IMG/VR virus record: IMGVR_UViG_3300032038_000051
Coordinates: 12,740 to 76,739 of that record
Reading direction: 5' to 3' (one strand)
Source: a virus
Lineage: Duplodnaviria; Heunggongvirae; Uroviricota; Caudoviricetes
Length of the DNA stretch: 64,000 bases
A program made the position numbers and the translations under genes. The notes under the pieces were generated by a model, which did not search any database, had not been told where the DNA came from, and saw only the letters and a list, made by a program, of their open reading frames with translations. Below are positions 9,388 to 18,135 of the stretch, one piece after another. Position 1 is the first letter of the stretch, and every line of letters starts with the position of its first letter.

Positions 9388-10591
9388 GATTCACAACGGG
9401 GAGTGCGCCGAGGTCATGGCGTCCATGGAGCCGGAGTCGGTAGACGCAATCGTGACAGACGCGCCTTACGGCCTGTCGTTTATGGGCGCAAAGTGGGACA
9501 GCTTCGGAGGCTCGACCGGCAATCAGACCGTGAGCGAGCGGCAGGCCGAGGGAAAGAGATACGCCGACGAGAACAAGGGCGCTCCAAGATACGGAAACTC
9601 CCATGGCAAGAAGGTCACGCAAGGCGAGATGGTCGCGTTCCAAGAAGCAATGACGCCGATATTCGAGGAGGCTCTCAGGGTTGCGAAGCCCGGCGCTCAC
9701 CTCCTCTGCTTCGGAGGCACGAGGACGTTCCACCGCATGGCGTGCGCCATAGAGGATGCTGGCTGGGAGATTCGCGATTGCATCATGTGGACATATGGGT
9801 CGGGCATGCCGCACGGACAGCGTGTCGAGAGGCTCATGGAGGGGCGGTACCCAGACGAGGTCGCTGAGTGGTCCGGGTGGAACACGGCGTTAAAGCCGGC
9901 ATGGGAGCCTGTTCTGGTGGCCCGCAGTCCGCTTGACGGGACCGTCGCGCACAACGTCGCCACTTATGGCACGGGCGCGATCAACATCGGCGCATGCAGG
10001 ATACCGACGGAGTCACATGACCCATCGCGTGACGGGGAGGCCACCAAGGACACACGGTACACCGACAGGGGTGCGACCAACTTCGCGGCGAAGCCGGGCC
10101 CGAGGGGCGGGGACCCAAGGGGTCGATTCCCTGCCAACCTGGTCCATGACGGCAGCGACGAGGTGCTTGCGTGCTTCCCGGACTCAGACGGGCAGATAGC
10201 CGACCGTGGGGCCATGTCGAAGTCGTCAGTCAATTGTTATGGCGACTATGGCGCGGACTCGGCGTTCGTCAAAAGAGGCGACTCCGGCAGTGCTGCTCGG
10301 TTCTTCTACTGCGCCAAGGCGAGCAAGAAGGACCGCAATCGCGGTGGCGTGAACAACAATCATCCATCGGTCAAACCCAACGACCTCATGCGATGGTTGG
10401 TCCGCCTCGTATGTCGTCCGGGAGGGGTCGTGCTCGACCCGTTCATGGGAAGCGGCTCAACCGGCGTCGCGTGCATGGACGAGGGGATGGACTTCGTCGG
10501 CATAGAGCTCGACCCGCACTACTGCGAGATAGCCGAGAAGAGGATGGCGGCGGCCAACGCCGAGACCGGGCAAATGGAGCTTGCGCTATGA
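9377..10591 (+). CDS. DNA methyltransferase (N6-adenine or N4-cytosine, beta class)
   Basis: Motif IV-like TDAPYG near the N-terminus and motif I VLDPFMGSGSTGVAC near the C-terminus. Confidence 0.8.
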   Translation: MRYEIHNGECAEVMASMEPESVDAIVTDAPYGLSFMGAKWDSFGGSTGNQTVSERQAEGKRYADENKGAPRYGNSHGKKVTQGEMVAFQEAMTPIFEEALRVAKPGAHLLCFGGTRTFHRMACAIEDAGWEIRDCIMWTYGSGMPHGQRVERLMEGRYPDEVAEWSGWNTALKPAWEPVLVARSPLDGTVAHNVATYGTGAINIGACRIPTESHDPSRDGEATKDTRYTDRGATNFAAKPGPRGGDPRGRFPANLVHDGSDEVLACFPDSDGQIADRGAMSKSSVNCYGDYGADSAFVKRGDSGSAARFFYCAKASKKDRNRGGVNNNHPSVKPNDLMRWLVRLVCRPGGVVLDPFMGSGSTGVACMDEGMDFVGIELDPHYCEIAEKRMAAANAETGQMELAL

Positions 10592-10782
10592 GCAGGGCAA
10601 CGTACGCGCTCTACAAGGGCGACAGGCTTCTCGGCGTGGGCACGCTTCAGGAGCTCGCGGAGCGCCGCGGCGTGAAGCCCGAGACCATCTACTACTACAG
10701 CATGCCGGCATATCGGCGGCGCGGCAAGGCGAACGGCAACAGGCTGGTGGCCGTGAGGGTCGCCGAGGGGAGCATGGCATGA
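10588..10782 (+). CDS. hypothetical small protein
   Basis: ATGA-coupled small ORF between two methyltransferase genes. Confidence 0.4.
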   Translation: MSRATYALYKGDRLLGVGTLQELAERRGVKPETIYYYSMPAYRRRGKANGNRLVAVRVAEGSMA

Positions 10783-11257
10783 GCAACTTCTACGAGCACG
10801 GAAAGGCCGCGATGACGTCCGAAAGGGACGACTGGGAGACGCCGCAGCGGCTATTCGACGAGCTGGACGCGATCCACCACTTCACGCTGGACCCGTTCTC
10901 GAACGGCGCAAACGCGAAGTGCGCCGAGTTCTTCACCAAGGAGACCGACGCGCTCGAACAGGACTGGGGGGGGGTCGCTTCTTTGCGAACCCGCCATACG
11001 GTCGCAGGATGGCGGACTTCGTCCGCAAGTGCGCGGAGGAGTCGGCACGCGCCAGCGGCGTGCTCCTCGTCCCCGCGAGGACGGACACCGCGTGGTTCTG
11101 GGACTGGGTCGTCCCGTACGCGAGCGTCAGGTTCCTTCGCGGCAGGCTCAAGTTCGAGGTCGGCGGGGTGCCGGGGCAGTCTGCGCCGTTCCCGTCGATG
11201 CTCGCGTTCTACGGCCTCGACGACCCCTTGGCGGTGAGGATACCGTGCGCATCCTAG
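10779..11257 (+). pseudogene. Dam-family (phage N6-adenine) DNA methyltransferase, frameshifted at a G9 tract (10966..10974)
   Basis: N-part MSNFYEHGKAAMTSERDDWETPQRLFDELDAIHHFTLDPFSNGANAKCAEFFTKE...DWGG in one frame; FANPPYGRRMADFVRK...LLVPARTDTAWFWDWV...RFLRGRLKF continues in another frame after GGGGGGGGG; both parts together match the phage Dam family. Confidence 0.75.
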
Positions 11258-11913
11258 TGGCGTGCGAGGAGTCCGGCACCGTCACGCAGGCGTTCAGGAG
11301 GAGGTGGGGCGACGCCCACCAGATATACTCCTGCGACCTGCTCCCCACGAGCGGCAGGCTGCCGCAGAGGCACATACAGGCCGACGTCCTCGAGCTGCTC
11401 AAGATGGACTGGGACATGGTGCTGGCGTTCCCGCCCTGCACGCACCTGGCCGTGTCCGGCGCGCTCCACTTCGACGAGAAGAAGCGCGACGGCAGGCAGC
11501 AGCGGGCGATAGGGTTCTTCCTGGCGTTCACGGCGCTCGACCACGTGCCGCACGTGTGCATAGAGAACCCGGTCGGCATCATGAGCAAGCTGTACCGCAA
11601 GCCCGACCAGTTCATACAGCCGTACCAGTTCGGCCACCCCGAGACCAAGAAGACGTGCCTGTGGCTCAAGGGCCTACCGCCGCTCGAGCCGACCAAGGAC
11701 CTCGAGGCGGAGGTCATGGCGATGGACCGCAAGGACAGGCAGGCGATCATGAAGCTCTCACCCAGCGCCGAGCGCGGGAGGATACGGAGCAAGACGTACG
11801 ACGGCATCGCGAGGGCGATGGCCGACCAGTGGGGAGACGAGGAGAGGCTCGTCCCCGCGCAAATGGAAATTGACGTGACGGACATGGGCGGCGCAAGCCG
11901 TCCTTCTTATTAG
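11245..11913 (+). CDS. DNA (cytosine-5)-methyltransferase-like protein (atypical)
   Basis: AFPPCTHLAVSGA (PC motif IV-like) and IENPVG (ENV motif VI-like); no Gly-rich motif I; GTG start overlapping the Dam gene. Confidence 0.5.
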   Translation: MRILVACEESGTVTQAFRRRWGDAHQIYSCDLLPTSGRLPQRHIQADVLELLKMDWDMVLAFPPCTHLAVSGALHFDEKKRDGRQQRAIGFFLAFTALDHVPHVCIENPVGIMSKLYRKPDQFIQPYQFGHPETKKTCLWLKGLPPLEPTKDLEAEVMAMDRKDRQAIMKLSPSAERGRIRSKTYDGIARAMADQWGDEERLVPAQMEIDVTDMGGASRPSY

Positions 11914-12044
11914 GGAGGCGTCCGATGGAGGCGTTCTTCGCAGGGGTCGTCGTCGGCGCCTTGGTCGCGGTCGTCGCGACCGCGCTGTGCGTGGCGTCAG
12001 GCAGGACCGACGAGGATATGAGCCACAGAGAGTAGGAGGGAAAG

Positions 12045-12326
12045 ATGGAAAAGGTTTTCGAGAACGAGGTTATGTCCGTATCCGTCGACGAGACGGTGGG
12101 CGGCTGCAAGGTGAGGGTGCTCACGAAGGAGGGGTTCTCCCTGTCGGGCGTGCGCTCGACGGGCAACGACGCCACGGTCGACGTCGCCGGAAAGGTCGTC
12201 CCGAGGCCGTTTCGCAGGTACATGATCGGCGGGAAGCTCGTCAAGGTCGTGGCCGTGCGTGACCCCGACGACTCCGGCGTCGTGACGGTGCTGTCCGACA
12301 CCGGCGAATGGGTGAGGTGGGAGTAG
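12045..12326 (+). CDS. hypothetical protein
   Basis: ORF with AGGAGGGAAAG RBS. Confidence 0.55.
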   Translation: MEKVFENEVMSVSVDETVGGCKVRVLTKEGFSLSGVRSTGNDATVDVAGKVVPRPFRRYMIGGKLVKVVAVRDPDDSGVVTVLSDTGEWVRWE

Positions 12327-13432
12327 TGCGGTTCGACATCTCCCAGACGTCGCTCGCGCGGGCCATGGCGACGGTCGGCAAGGGCGTCTCGTCGTCGGCG
12401 ACAACGTCGGTCTACGGCGGCGTCCGCATCGAGGCGCGAGACGGCGAGGTCGAGTTCCGGACCACGGACGGGCGAGTGTCCGTCTCCCACGTCGCGCCCG
12501 CGAACGTCGAGGGGCAGGGCGCCACGGTCCTCTCGTGGCACGTCCTCGATCGCGTGGTCAAGGGCATGCCCGACCGCGCCGTCGGCTTCGAGCTCGACGG
12601 GCAGAAGATGTCCGTGAGGTGCGGGAAGTCGAGGTGGAGCCTCAACGCCCTGGCCGACGGCGGGTTCCCGGACTTCCCGGAGTTCGACGTCAGGGCGTCG
12701 GTCACGCTGCCGAGGGCCACGCTCGCAGACATGGCGGGGCGCACGTGCGCGGCGGCGTCCCGCGACAGGAGCGAGTCCAACCAGGCCCTGCTCGGCATCC
12801 TGCTGACCGTCGGCGACGGGAGGCTGTCGCTCTCCGCGACCGACCGCAACCGCGCGACGGTATGCGAGACCTCGGTGCCGTGCAAGGACGAGACGTCGGT
12901 CATCATACCCGCGGACGCGCTGAGGAGCGCCCTGTCGATACCGTCGGACGCCCCGGACGTCGCCATACGCGTCGGCGACCGGCACGTCTCGCTCCGCATG
13001 GGCGGCTCGACGCTGGTGACGCCGAGGATAGTCTGGAACTACCCCAACCTCGCGCTGCTGTTCCCCAAGGGGAGCACCACCCGCATCAGGGTCGACGCCG
13101 GCGCGCTGTGCGACGCGCTCAAGAGGGTGTCCGCCGTCGCCGGCCTCGAGCGCAGGGTGACGCTCGTGGCCGAGGAGTCGCTCGCGCCGAGCATGACGCT
13201 GAGGTCGCGCTCCGTGGACGCGGGCAACTCCGTCGAGACGCTCGACGTCCAGTCGGTCGAGGGCGAGCGTCTGGAGATACACCTCAACCACGCGTACCTC
13301 AACGACGCGGCGGCGACCGTGGACGGCGAGGCGTGGCTCCTCGCCGAGGGCCCGCTGAAGCCGTTCGTCGTCAAGTCCGACGGCGACGTCTCGCAGACCT
13401 GGCTGATCATGCCGATGAGACCGGAGGCGTAG
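12308..13432 (+). CDS. dnaN: DNA polymerase III beta subunit (sliding clamp)
   Basis: About 370 aa; N-terminal SQTSLARAMATVGKG...GGVRIEARDGEVEF and C-terminal GPLKPFVVKSDGD...LIMPMR typical of DnaN. Confidence 0.8.
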   Translation: MGEVGVVRFDISQTSLARAMATVGKGVSSSATTSVYGGVRIEARDGEVEFRTTDGRVSVSHVAPANVEGQGATVLSWHVLDRVVKGMPDRAVGFELDGQKMSVRCGKSRWSLNALADGGFPDFPEFDVRASVTLPRATLADMAGRTCAAASRDRSESNQALLGILLTVGDGRLSLSATDRNRATVCETSVPCKDETSVIIPADALRSALSIPSDAPDVAIRVGDRHVSLRMGGSTLVTPRIVWNYPNLALLFPKGSTTRIRVDAGALCDALKRVSAVAGLERRVTLVAEESLAPSMTLRSRSVDAGNSVETLDVQSVEGERLEIHLNHAYLNDAAATVDGEAWLLAEGPLKPFVVKSDGDVSQTWLIMPMRPEA

Positions 13433-13434
13433 CG

Positions 13435-13731
13435 ATGGGTGACATGATTCCCTTGGCCGCGGCATGCGCGATCGTGGGAGCGATGGTCGGCGCCCTCCTC
13501 GCGCTCGCCTTCGCCGGACCGAGGGCAAAGGACGGATGGGCGGTCGGCAGGAGCGTGTGGATGCGCGTGACGAACGGCGGGCCGTGGGTCAGGCACGTCG
13601 TCATCGGGTCGTGGAGGGGGTCGCTGTGCGTGTGCGACGCGGCGATCTCCGGCACCGACTCGTTCCCGCGGAACGCCCGCTGGGTGGACGCGCGCGACGT
13701 CAGGCGCGAGGTGAGATGGGAGAGGCCATGA
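13435..13731 (+). CDS. hypothetical membrane protein
   Basis: N-terminal hydrophobic helix MIPLAAACAIVGAMVGALLALAFAG. Confidence 0.45.
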   Translation: MGDMIPLAAACAIVGAMVGALLALAFAGPRAKDGWAVGRSVWMRVTNGGPWVRHVVIGSWRGSLCVCDAAISGTDSFPRNARWVDARDVRREVRWERP

Positions 13732-13898
13732 ACAGGCACATGAGGGAGAAGACCAAGATGCAGCTCGACTTCGAGCGGGACTGCCGCAGGGCCGCGTTGC
13801 TCGAGGCCGTGAAGTTCGCGGCGATCTTCGCGGCCGTGATAGTCGCCTACCTCGCCGTCGTGTACCTGTGCGGCGCGACGATTGCGGTGCCGCAATGA
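13728..13898 (+). CDS. small membrane protein
   Basis: ATGA-coupled; C-terminal transmembrane helix. Confidence 0.35.
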   Translation: MNRHMREKTKMQLDFERDCRRAALLEAVKFAAIFAAVIVAYLAVVYLCGATIAVPQ

Positions 13899-14203
13899 CG
13901 GAAGAGCAGCTGGGCGAGCTCGTCGCCATGTGGCAGGACGGCGTTAAGGCCAAGGACATAGCGTCCGAGCTCGGAGTCACGAGGAGCGCGGTCTACTACC
14001 ATGCGTCCATGCACAGGGACCTCTGCGAGCGTCGCGGAAGCGGGAGGCATCGCATCGAGGTGACTCCCAGGATACGACGCATCGCCCTCCTTGCCGAGAG
14101 CACCTCGATCGCAGAGACCGCACGGCACTACGGGCTGTCGAAAAGGACCGTCGGAAGGTACATGGACCGCTACCGGGAGCACAGGGAGGAGAGGCATGGG
14201 TGA
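13895..14203 (+). CDS. HTH DNA-binding protein (two sigma-70 region 4 / resolvase-like HTHs)
   Basis: KAKDIASELGVTRSAVYYH and IAETARHYGLSKRTVGRY HTH segments. Confidence 0.5.
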   Translation: MTEEQLGELVAMWQDGVKAKDIASELGVTRSAVYYHASMHRDLCERRGSGRHRIEVTPRIRRIALLAESTSIAETARHYGLSKRTVGRYMDRYREHREERHG

Positions 14204-14489
14204 CGCGATATACGTGCCGTGCGACTGCGGATGCTGCGTGATCGAGGTGAGCAGGCACGACTGGGGCGACGGCGACGTCAACTACAACCTCGCCGTCCTC
14301 GACGGCAGGTACGACCACGAGGCCAACGGACTCCTCAACAGGGTCAGGCGCGCCGCGATGGCGCTGTTCGGCAGGAGGGTCTGCTTCAACGACGTGTACA
14401 TGACAGAGGAGGCGTTCGACGACCTGCTGTCGCGCATGGCTGGACTCCGGCACGGCGGGCACTTCGAGAAGACGTCCGACGGCGCCTAA
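14196..14489 (+). CDS. hypothetical Cys-rich protein
   Basis: ORF; PCDCGCC cluster. Confidence 0.45.
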   Translation: MGDAIYVPCDCGCCVIEVSRHDWGDGDVNYNLAVLDGRYDHEANGLLNRVRRAAMALFGRRVCFNDVYMTEEAFDDLLSRMAGLRHGGHFEKTSDGA

Positions 14490-14517
14490 GACGGACTTTC
14501 GAGAACGGAGACGAAGA

Positions 14518-14727
14518 ATGACGCAAGAAGAGCTCGACGCCAGGTTCGATTACCACCCGCCGAAGGGCTGCCAGCCCGCCAAGTACAGCCTCATCAGGGA
14601 CGAGGCCAAGGATTTTGCAAGAAAGGTAGACGCCTTTTGCCCGGAAGGCCGCGAGAAGTCGCTGGCCCTCACGAACATCGAGCAGGCGGTCATGTGGGCC
14701 AACGCCGCGATAGCAAGGAACGAGTAA
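14518..14727 (+). CDS. hypothetical protein
   Basis: ORF with RBS. Confidence 0.5.
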   Translation: MTQEELDARFDYHPPKGCQPAKYSLIRDEAKDFARKVDAFCPEGREKSLALTNIEQAVMWANAAIARNE

Positions 14728-14737
14728 GGAGAACCAA

Positions 14738-15301
14738 ATGAAGACGATGTATCCGACAATCCCCACCGTGCTTGGCGAAGGCGCGTCCATGCCGACCTAC
14801 GCGCACGAGGGCGACGCGGGACTCGACCTCTGCGCGACGGAGGACGTCGCGCTGTGCCCCGGCGAGTACAGGATGATTGGCAGCGGCGTGAGCATGGCGA
14901 TTCCCGAGGGTTTCGTCGGGCTGGTCGTGCCAAGAAGCGGGTTGGGCTGCAAAGGGCTGGTGATGAAGCACGACCTCGGTGTGATCGACTCGGGGTACCG
15001 CGGCGAGATAAAGGTGCCGCTGTACAACAACAACCCGCAGCTCGTCATTGCGGAGAGATACCCGAAGGCCAAGGCCCGGTTCCCGAGGGCGTACAAATGG
15101 CTGTGCGACAGGATGGGCGGCGAGCCGTTCAGCCTGGTCCCCAACGAGGAGGTCATATTCGTCCGCAAGGGCGACCGCGTCGCACAGTTGCTCATCGTCC
15201 CTGTCGCTCAGGCGACGTTCGTCCAGGTTGACACGCTCGACGAGACGGAGCGCGGAGACGGTTCCTTTGGGTCAAGCGGAGTGCAAAGCAGGAGGCTTTA
15301 A
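14738..15301 (+). CDS. dut: dUTP diphosphatase (trimeric dUTPase) with an internal insertion
   Basis: All five dUTPase motifs present (AGLDL, PRSGLG, GVIDSGYRGEI, GDRVAQL, RGDGSFGSSG), plus ~25-30 extra residues between motifs III and IV. Confidence 0.85.
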   Translation: MKTMYPTIPTVLGEGASMPTYAHEGDAGLDLCATEDVALCPGEYRMIGSGVSMAIPEGFVGLVVPRSGLGCKGLVMKHDLGVIDSGYRGEIKVPLYNNNPQLVIAERYPKAKARFPRAYKWLCDRMGGEPFSLVPNEEVIFVRKGDRVAQLLIVPVAQATFVQVDTLDETERGDGSFGSSGVQSRRL

Positions 15302-15383
15302 CAATGACTCGAAATAAAGCTGGAAAAGGCCCATTTGAAAACCAATTGCCTGCAAAGCCAATCGGAAGCTCCGGGGTGAGGCT

Positions 15384-15893
15384 GTGATGACGTACGACCA
15401 GATCGACGAGGCGTCCGACCTCTGGAAGCAGGGCGTCAGCGCCAAGAGAATATCTCAGACCGTCGGCTGCGACGTTGACGAGCTGTGCTACGTGGCGCAG
15501 AGTGACCGCGACCGCTTCCCGCTCCGCAGGGGCCGCCTCAGCCAGGACGCCGTCGAGCTGATTCGGGAGATGCGTGACGCCGGCATGACGATCAGGGCCA
15601 TCGCCGACAAGGTTGGCACCACCACGACGACGGTTTGCCGAAGGCTCAACGAGACACGACGGGACGACTGCGGAAACGCCCCGATCGACCGCCTCAGAAG
15701 CATGCTCGACGACGTCGGCGCTAGGTACTCGACGATCGGCAAGACCCTGTCCGTGAAGCACGACGGCCTCACGTGGCACGTGCGGTCACGGAGCACTGAC
15801 GGAGGACTGCATGTCGAGTGCATATCGGCGATGGAGCCGGAGCGTGCGCTCATGGCGATGGGGCTGCTCGACGGGACGGGAGGTGCGGAATGA
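15384..15893 (+). CDS. HTH domain protein
   Basis: Two HTH-like segments (VSAKRISQTVGCDVDEL; MTIRAIADKVGTTTTTVCRRL). Confidence 0.5.
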   Translation: MMTYDQIDEASDLWKQGVSAKRISQTVGCDVDELCYVAQSDRDRFPLRRGRLSQDAVELIREMRDAGMTIRAIADKVGTTTTTVCRRLNETRRDDCGNAPIDRLRSMLDDVGARYSTIGKTLSVKHDGLTWHVRSRSTDGGLHVECISAMEPERALMAMGLLDGTGGAE

Positions 15894-16055
15894 AGGACCT
15901 GTTGGTCGCGATATTCGGGATCGTTCTCGTCTTCGCCTTCGTCCTGCTCGTCGTCATGTCGCTCCTGAACTTCGGCACGGTGGCCGGGTGCCACTGCGCG
16001 CTGCTGGCGCTGGTCATGCTGGGCATATGCTCCATACGTCTATAGGGAGCCGGCC

Positions 16056-16253
16056 ATGAACCTCGACAGGACGCTCAAGTACCTGCGCCGCGTTGCGCTC
16101 GTCGGCGCGCTCGTCGCATCCGCGGCCTCGCTCGTCAAGGTAGCGCTGCATGACGTCGAGTCGGCCCAGATCTACATGCTGGTCGCCGTGAACGCCTACC
16201 TCATCAGCCAGATGCTCGATGCCAATGCGCTGCGGCGCGACGGGGGGAGATGA
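16056..16253 (+). CDS. hypothetical small membrane protein
   Basis: Hydrophobic ORF. Confidence 0.4.
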   Translation: MNLDRTLKYLRRVALVGALVASAASLVKVALHDVESAQIYMLVAVNAYLISQMLDANALRRDGGR

Positions 16254-16257
16254 GTCC

Positions 16258-16656
16258 ATGGACGGAAAGGACACCGTCAGCGGCCTGCTCGAAAAGCGTG
16301 GCGTCAGATGGTGGTCAGAAAACGACCTCGCCGCGCGCTTTGAGGGCACGTGCTGGGAGTCCGGCGGCCTGACGTGGGGATACGTCTCGAACGGCTGCCT
16401 CTCCCATCTTGCGGCATGCGAGAGCGACGTGACGCCGGAGCAGGCGGTCGTCGCGACGGTCGGCGCGAGAACGTGCAAGGACTTGGGTGGCACGGACGCG
16501 AACGGCAGTCCCGTGTTCAACTGCTCCGAGTGCGGGTGCGTGCTCTCGCTGTATGACGCTGAGGGCGCGAACACCCTGTGCACGAGCTTCATATTCGACT
16601 ACCCGCGCTTCTGCCCGGAATGCGGCGCGAGAGTCGAGGATGGTGAGGGCGTATGA
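16258..16656 (+). CDS. zinc-ribbon protein
   Basis: NCSECG...FCPECGARVEDGEGV C-terminal ribbon. Confidence 0.5.
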   Translation: MDGKDTVSGLLEKRGVRWWSENDLAARFEGTCWESGGLTWGYVSNGCLSHLAACESDVTPEQAVVATVGARTCKDLGGTDANGSPVFNCSECGCVLSLYDAEGANTLCTSFIFDYPRFCPECGARVEDGEGV

Positions 16657-16832
16657 GCTGCGTGTGGACCGACGAGCAGCGCAAGCGGCTCGTCGAGTGC
16701 GCGTTCCACATGACGCAAATCACCGAACACAACTTCACGGAATGCACATACGAGCTCCGCAGCCTCAAGAAGAGGATCGAGAGGGGCGAGGTCAACGACG
16801 ACGGCACCACGAGGCCGAAGCGACGAAAGTGA
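16653..16832 (+). CDS. hypothetical small protein (59 aa)
   Basis: ATGA-coupled ORF. Confidence 0.35.
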   Translation: MSCVWTDEQRKRLVECAFHMTQITEHNFTECTYELRSLKKRIERGEVNDDGTTRPKRRK

Positions 16833-16843
16833 GCGTGTGGACG

Positions 16844-17002
16844 ATGGTACTGTTTGTGATCCTGGAAATGGCGACGTGCGCCATTGACATGTACTGCCTG
16901 GCGAACTACCTCGCGGAAGACGTCGGCTGGATGTCCTTTCTGTGGCTCGTCGCCGCATGCATGCTGACCGCATTGATGCTAGTTATGCGCAACTGCTGGT
17001 AA
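16844..17002 (+). CDS. small hydrophobic peptide
   Basis: Two predicted TM segments. Confidence 0.3.
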   Translation: MVLFVILEMATCAIDMYCLANYLAEDVGWMSFLWLVAACMLTALMLVMRNCW

Positions 17003-17018
17003 AGAAGGGTGATGTGAT

Positions 17019-17384
17019 ATGAGCAAGACAGAGTTCCAAGTACTCGATACGATTCACCCCAAGAACATCTACCCACTCATCAACATCACGCCCGTGCTAT
17101 GGCATCGCGGCGACTTCTGCGGCATCGATCGCATAGAAGTCCGCTGGCCCGACGAGCTGCGACTGTTCTACGACGAGCAGTCCTTCGAGCAGATGAAGGC
17201 CAGGCTCGAGGAGCACGGGGGCGCGTCCTCGTACGAGGATGGCTACTCGGACGGCTTCGACAAGGGGGAGGAGGCCGTCGTCCAGCAGATTGACGCCATC
17301 ATCGACGAGCACTGGTCGAGCGACGAGGCGGTGAAGAGCATACGCCGTTGGATCGCCGACTTCTGGAAGGAGCGCGAATCATGA
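17019..17384 (+). CDS. hypothetical protein
   Basis: ORF with RBS. Confidence 0.55.
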   Translation: MSKTEFQVLDTIHPKNIYPLINITPVLWHRGDFCGIDRIEVRWPDELRLFYDEQSFEQMKARLEEHGGASSYEDGYSDGFDKGEEAVVQQIDAIIDEHWSSDEAVKSIRRWIADFWKERES

Positions 17385-17815
17385 GCGAAGAGACGAACGG
17401 GAGCGGGAGGTATTGCGCCGAATCCCAGAGGGTCGGGAATGCCCTGCTTGAGTACCGCGACAACCCGCCATGCAACGAAGTGGGTGGAACGCTTTGCGGA
17501 CAATGGTACGTGCCCGGTGACGTCATGGCGATAATCATGGAGCCGAAGACCGTCTTCACGACGGCGGACTACCTCACGCGCCTCGCCCACCTGATGGGGG
17601 TGGACGACGGAGCGGGCACGGAACTCAAGCCCTGCCCGTTCTGCGGAAGCGATGCCGAGATGGACACCTTGATGATAGAGCCTTGCTGGTGGACTGCGGA
17701 AGTCCGTTGCAAGGGAATACGCGAAAACAAGTGCTCGGCGCTCATGGTATGCGGAGGAGACACCGAGAAGGAGGCGGTCGAGGCCGTCACGAAGGCTTGG
17801 AACAGACGGGCTTAG
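17381..17815 (+). CDS. Lar-family restriction-alleviation-like protein (C-terminal Lar domain)
   Basis: C-terminal LKPCPFCGSD...C..C...EAVEAVTKAWNRRA matches the Lar family zinc-ribbon/WNRR signature. Confidence 0.55.
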   Translation: MSEETNGSGRYCAESQRVGNALLEYRDNPPCNEVGGTLCGQWYVPGDVMAIIMEPKTVFTTADYLTRLAHLMGVDDGAGTELKPCPFCGSDAEMDTLMIEPCWWTAEVRCKGIRENKCSALMVCGGDTEKEAVEAVTKAWNRRA

Positions 17816-17830
17816 AAAGGTGTGTGAGCG

Positions 17831-18094
17831 ATGACGAACGGCAAGTACTACGTCGAACCCCAATACTGGGGGCATTGGCCCAAGACGCTGGTCGTGCACC
17901 ACAAGGCGTCCGGCGGAGTCGACGAGACGCGCAAGTACGCCCATGTCGGCTCGTGCGAGGTGACGCGCAACCATCCCGACACAAGCTGCTTCATGTGGCA
18001 ATGCTCCGAGTGCGGCGAGCACTTCAGCACGTGCCAGCAGCCCAAGCACTGTCCGTCGTGTGGGCGGGCGGTGTCGCGCGTGGAGGAACGTTGA
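17831..18094 (+). CDS. zinc-ribbon protein
   Basis: CSECGEHF...HCPSCGRAV. Confidence 0.5.
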   Translation: MTNGKYYVEPQYWGHWPKTLVVHHKASGGVDETRKYAHVGSCEVTRNHPDTSCFMWQCSECGEHFSTCQQPKHCPSCGRAVSRVEER

Positions 18095-18135
18095 GGCGAC
18101 CGCAGGCTCGGACGGACGCTGACGGAGGGAGAGGA

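Noticed and set aside
16056-16253. Holin/lysis cassette (small TM proteins at 15890-16253 and 16844-17002)
   Set aside because: No endolysin (amidase, lysozyme, LysM, peptidase) is nearby. The small hydrophobic ORFs alone are insufficient to call a lysis module.
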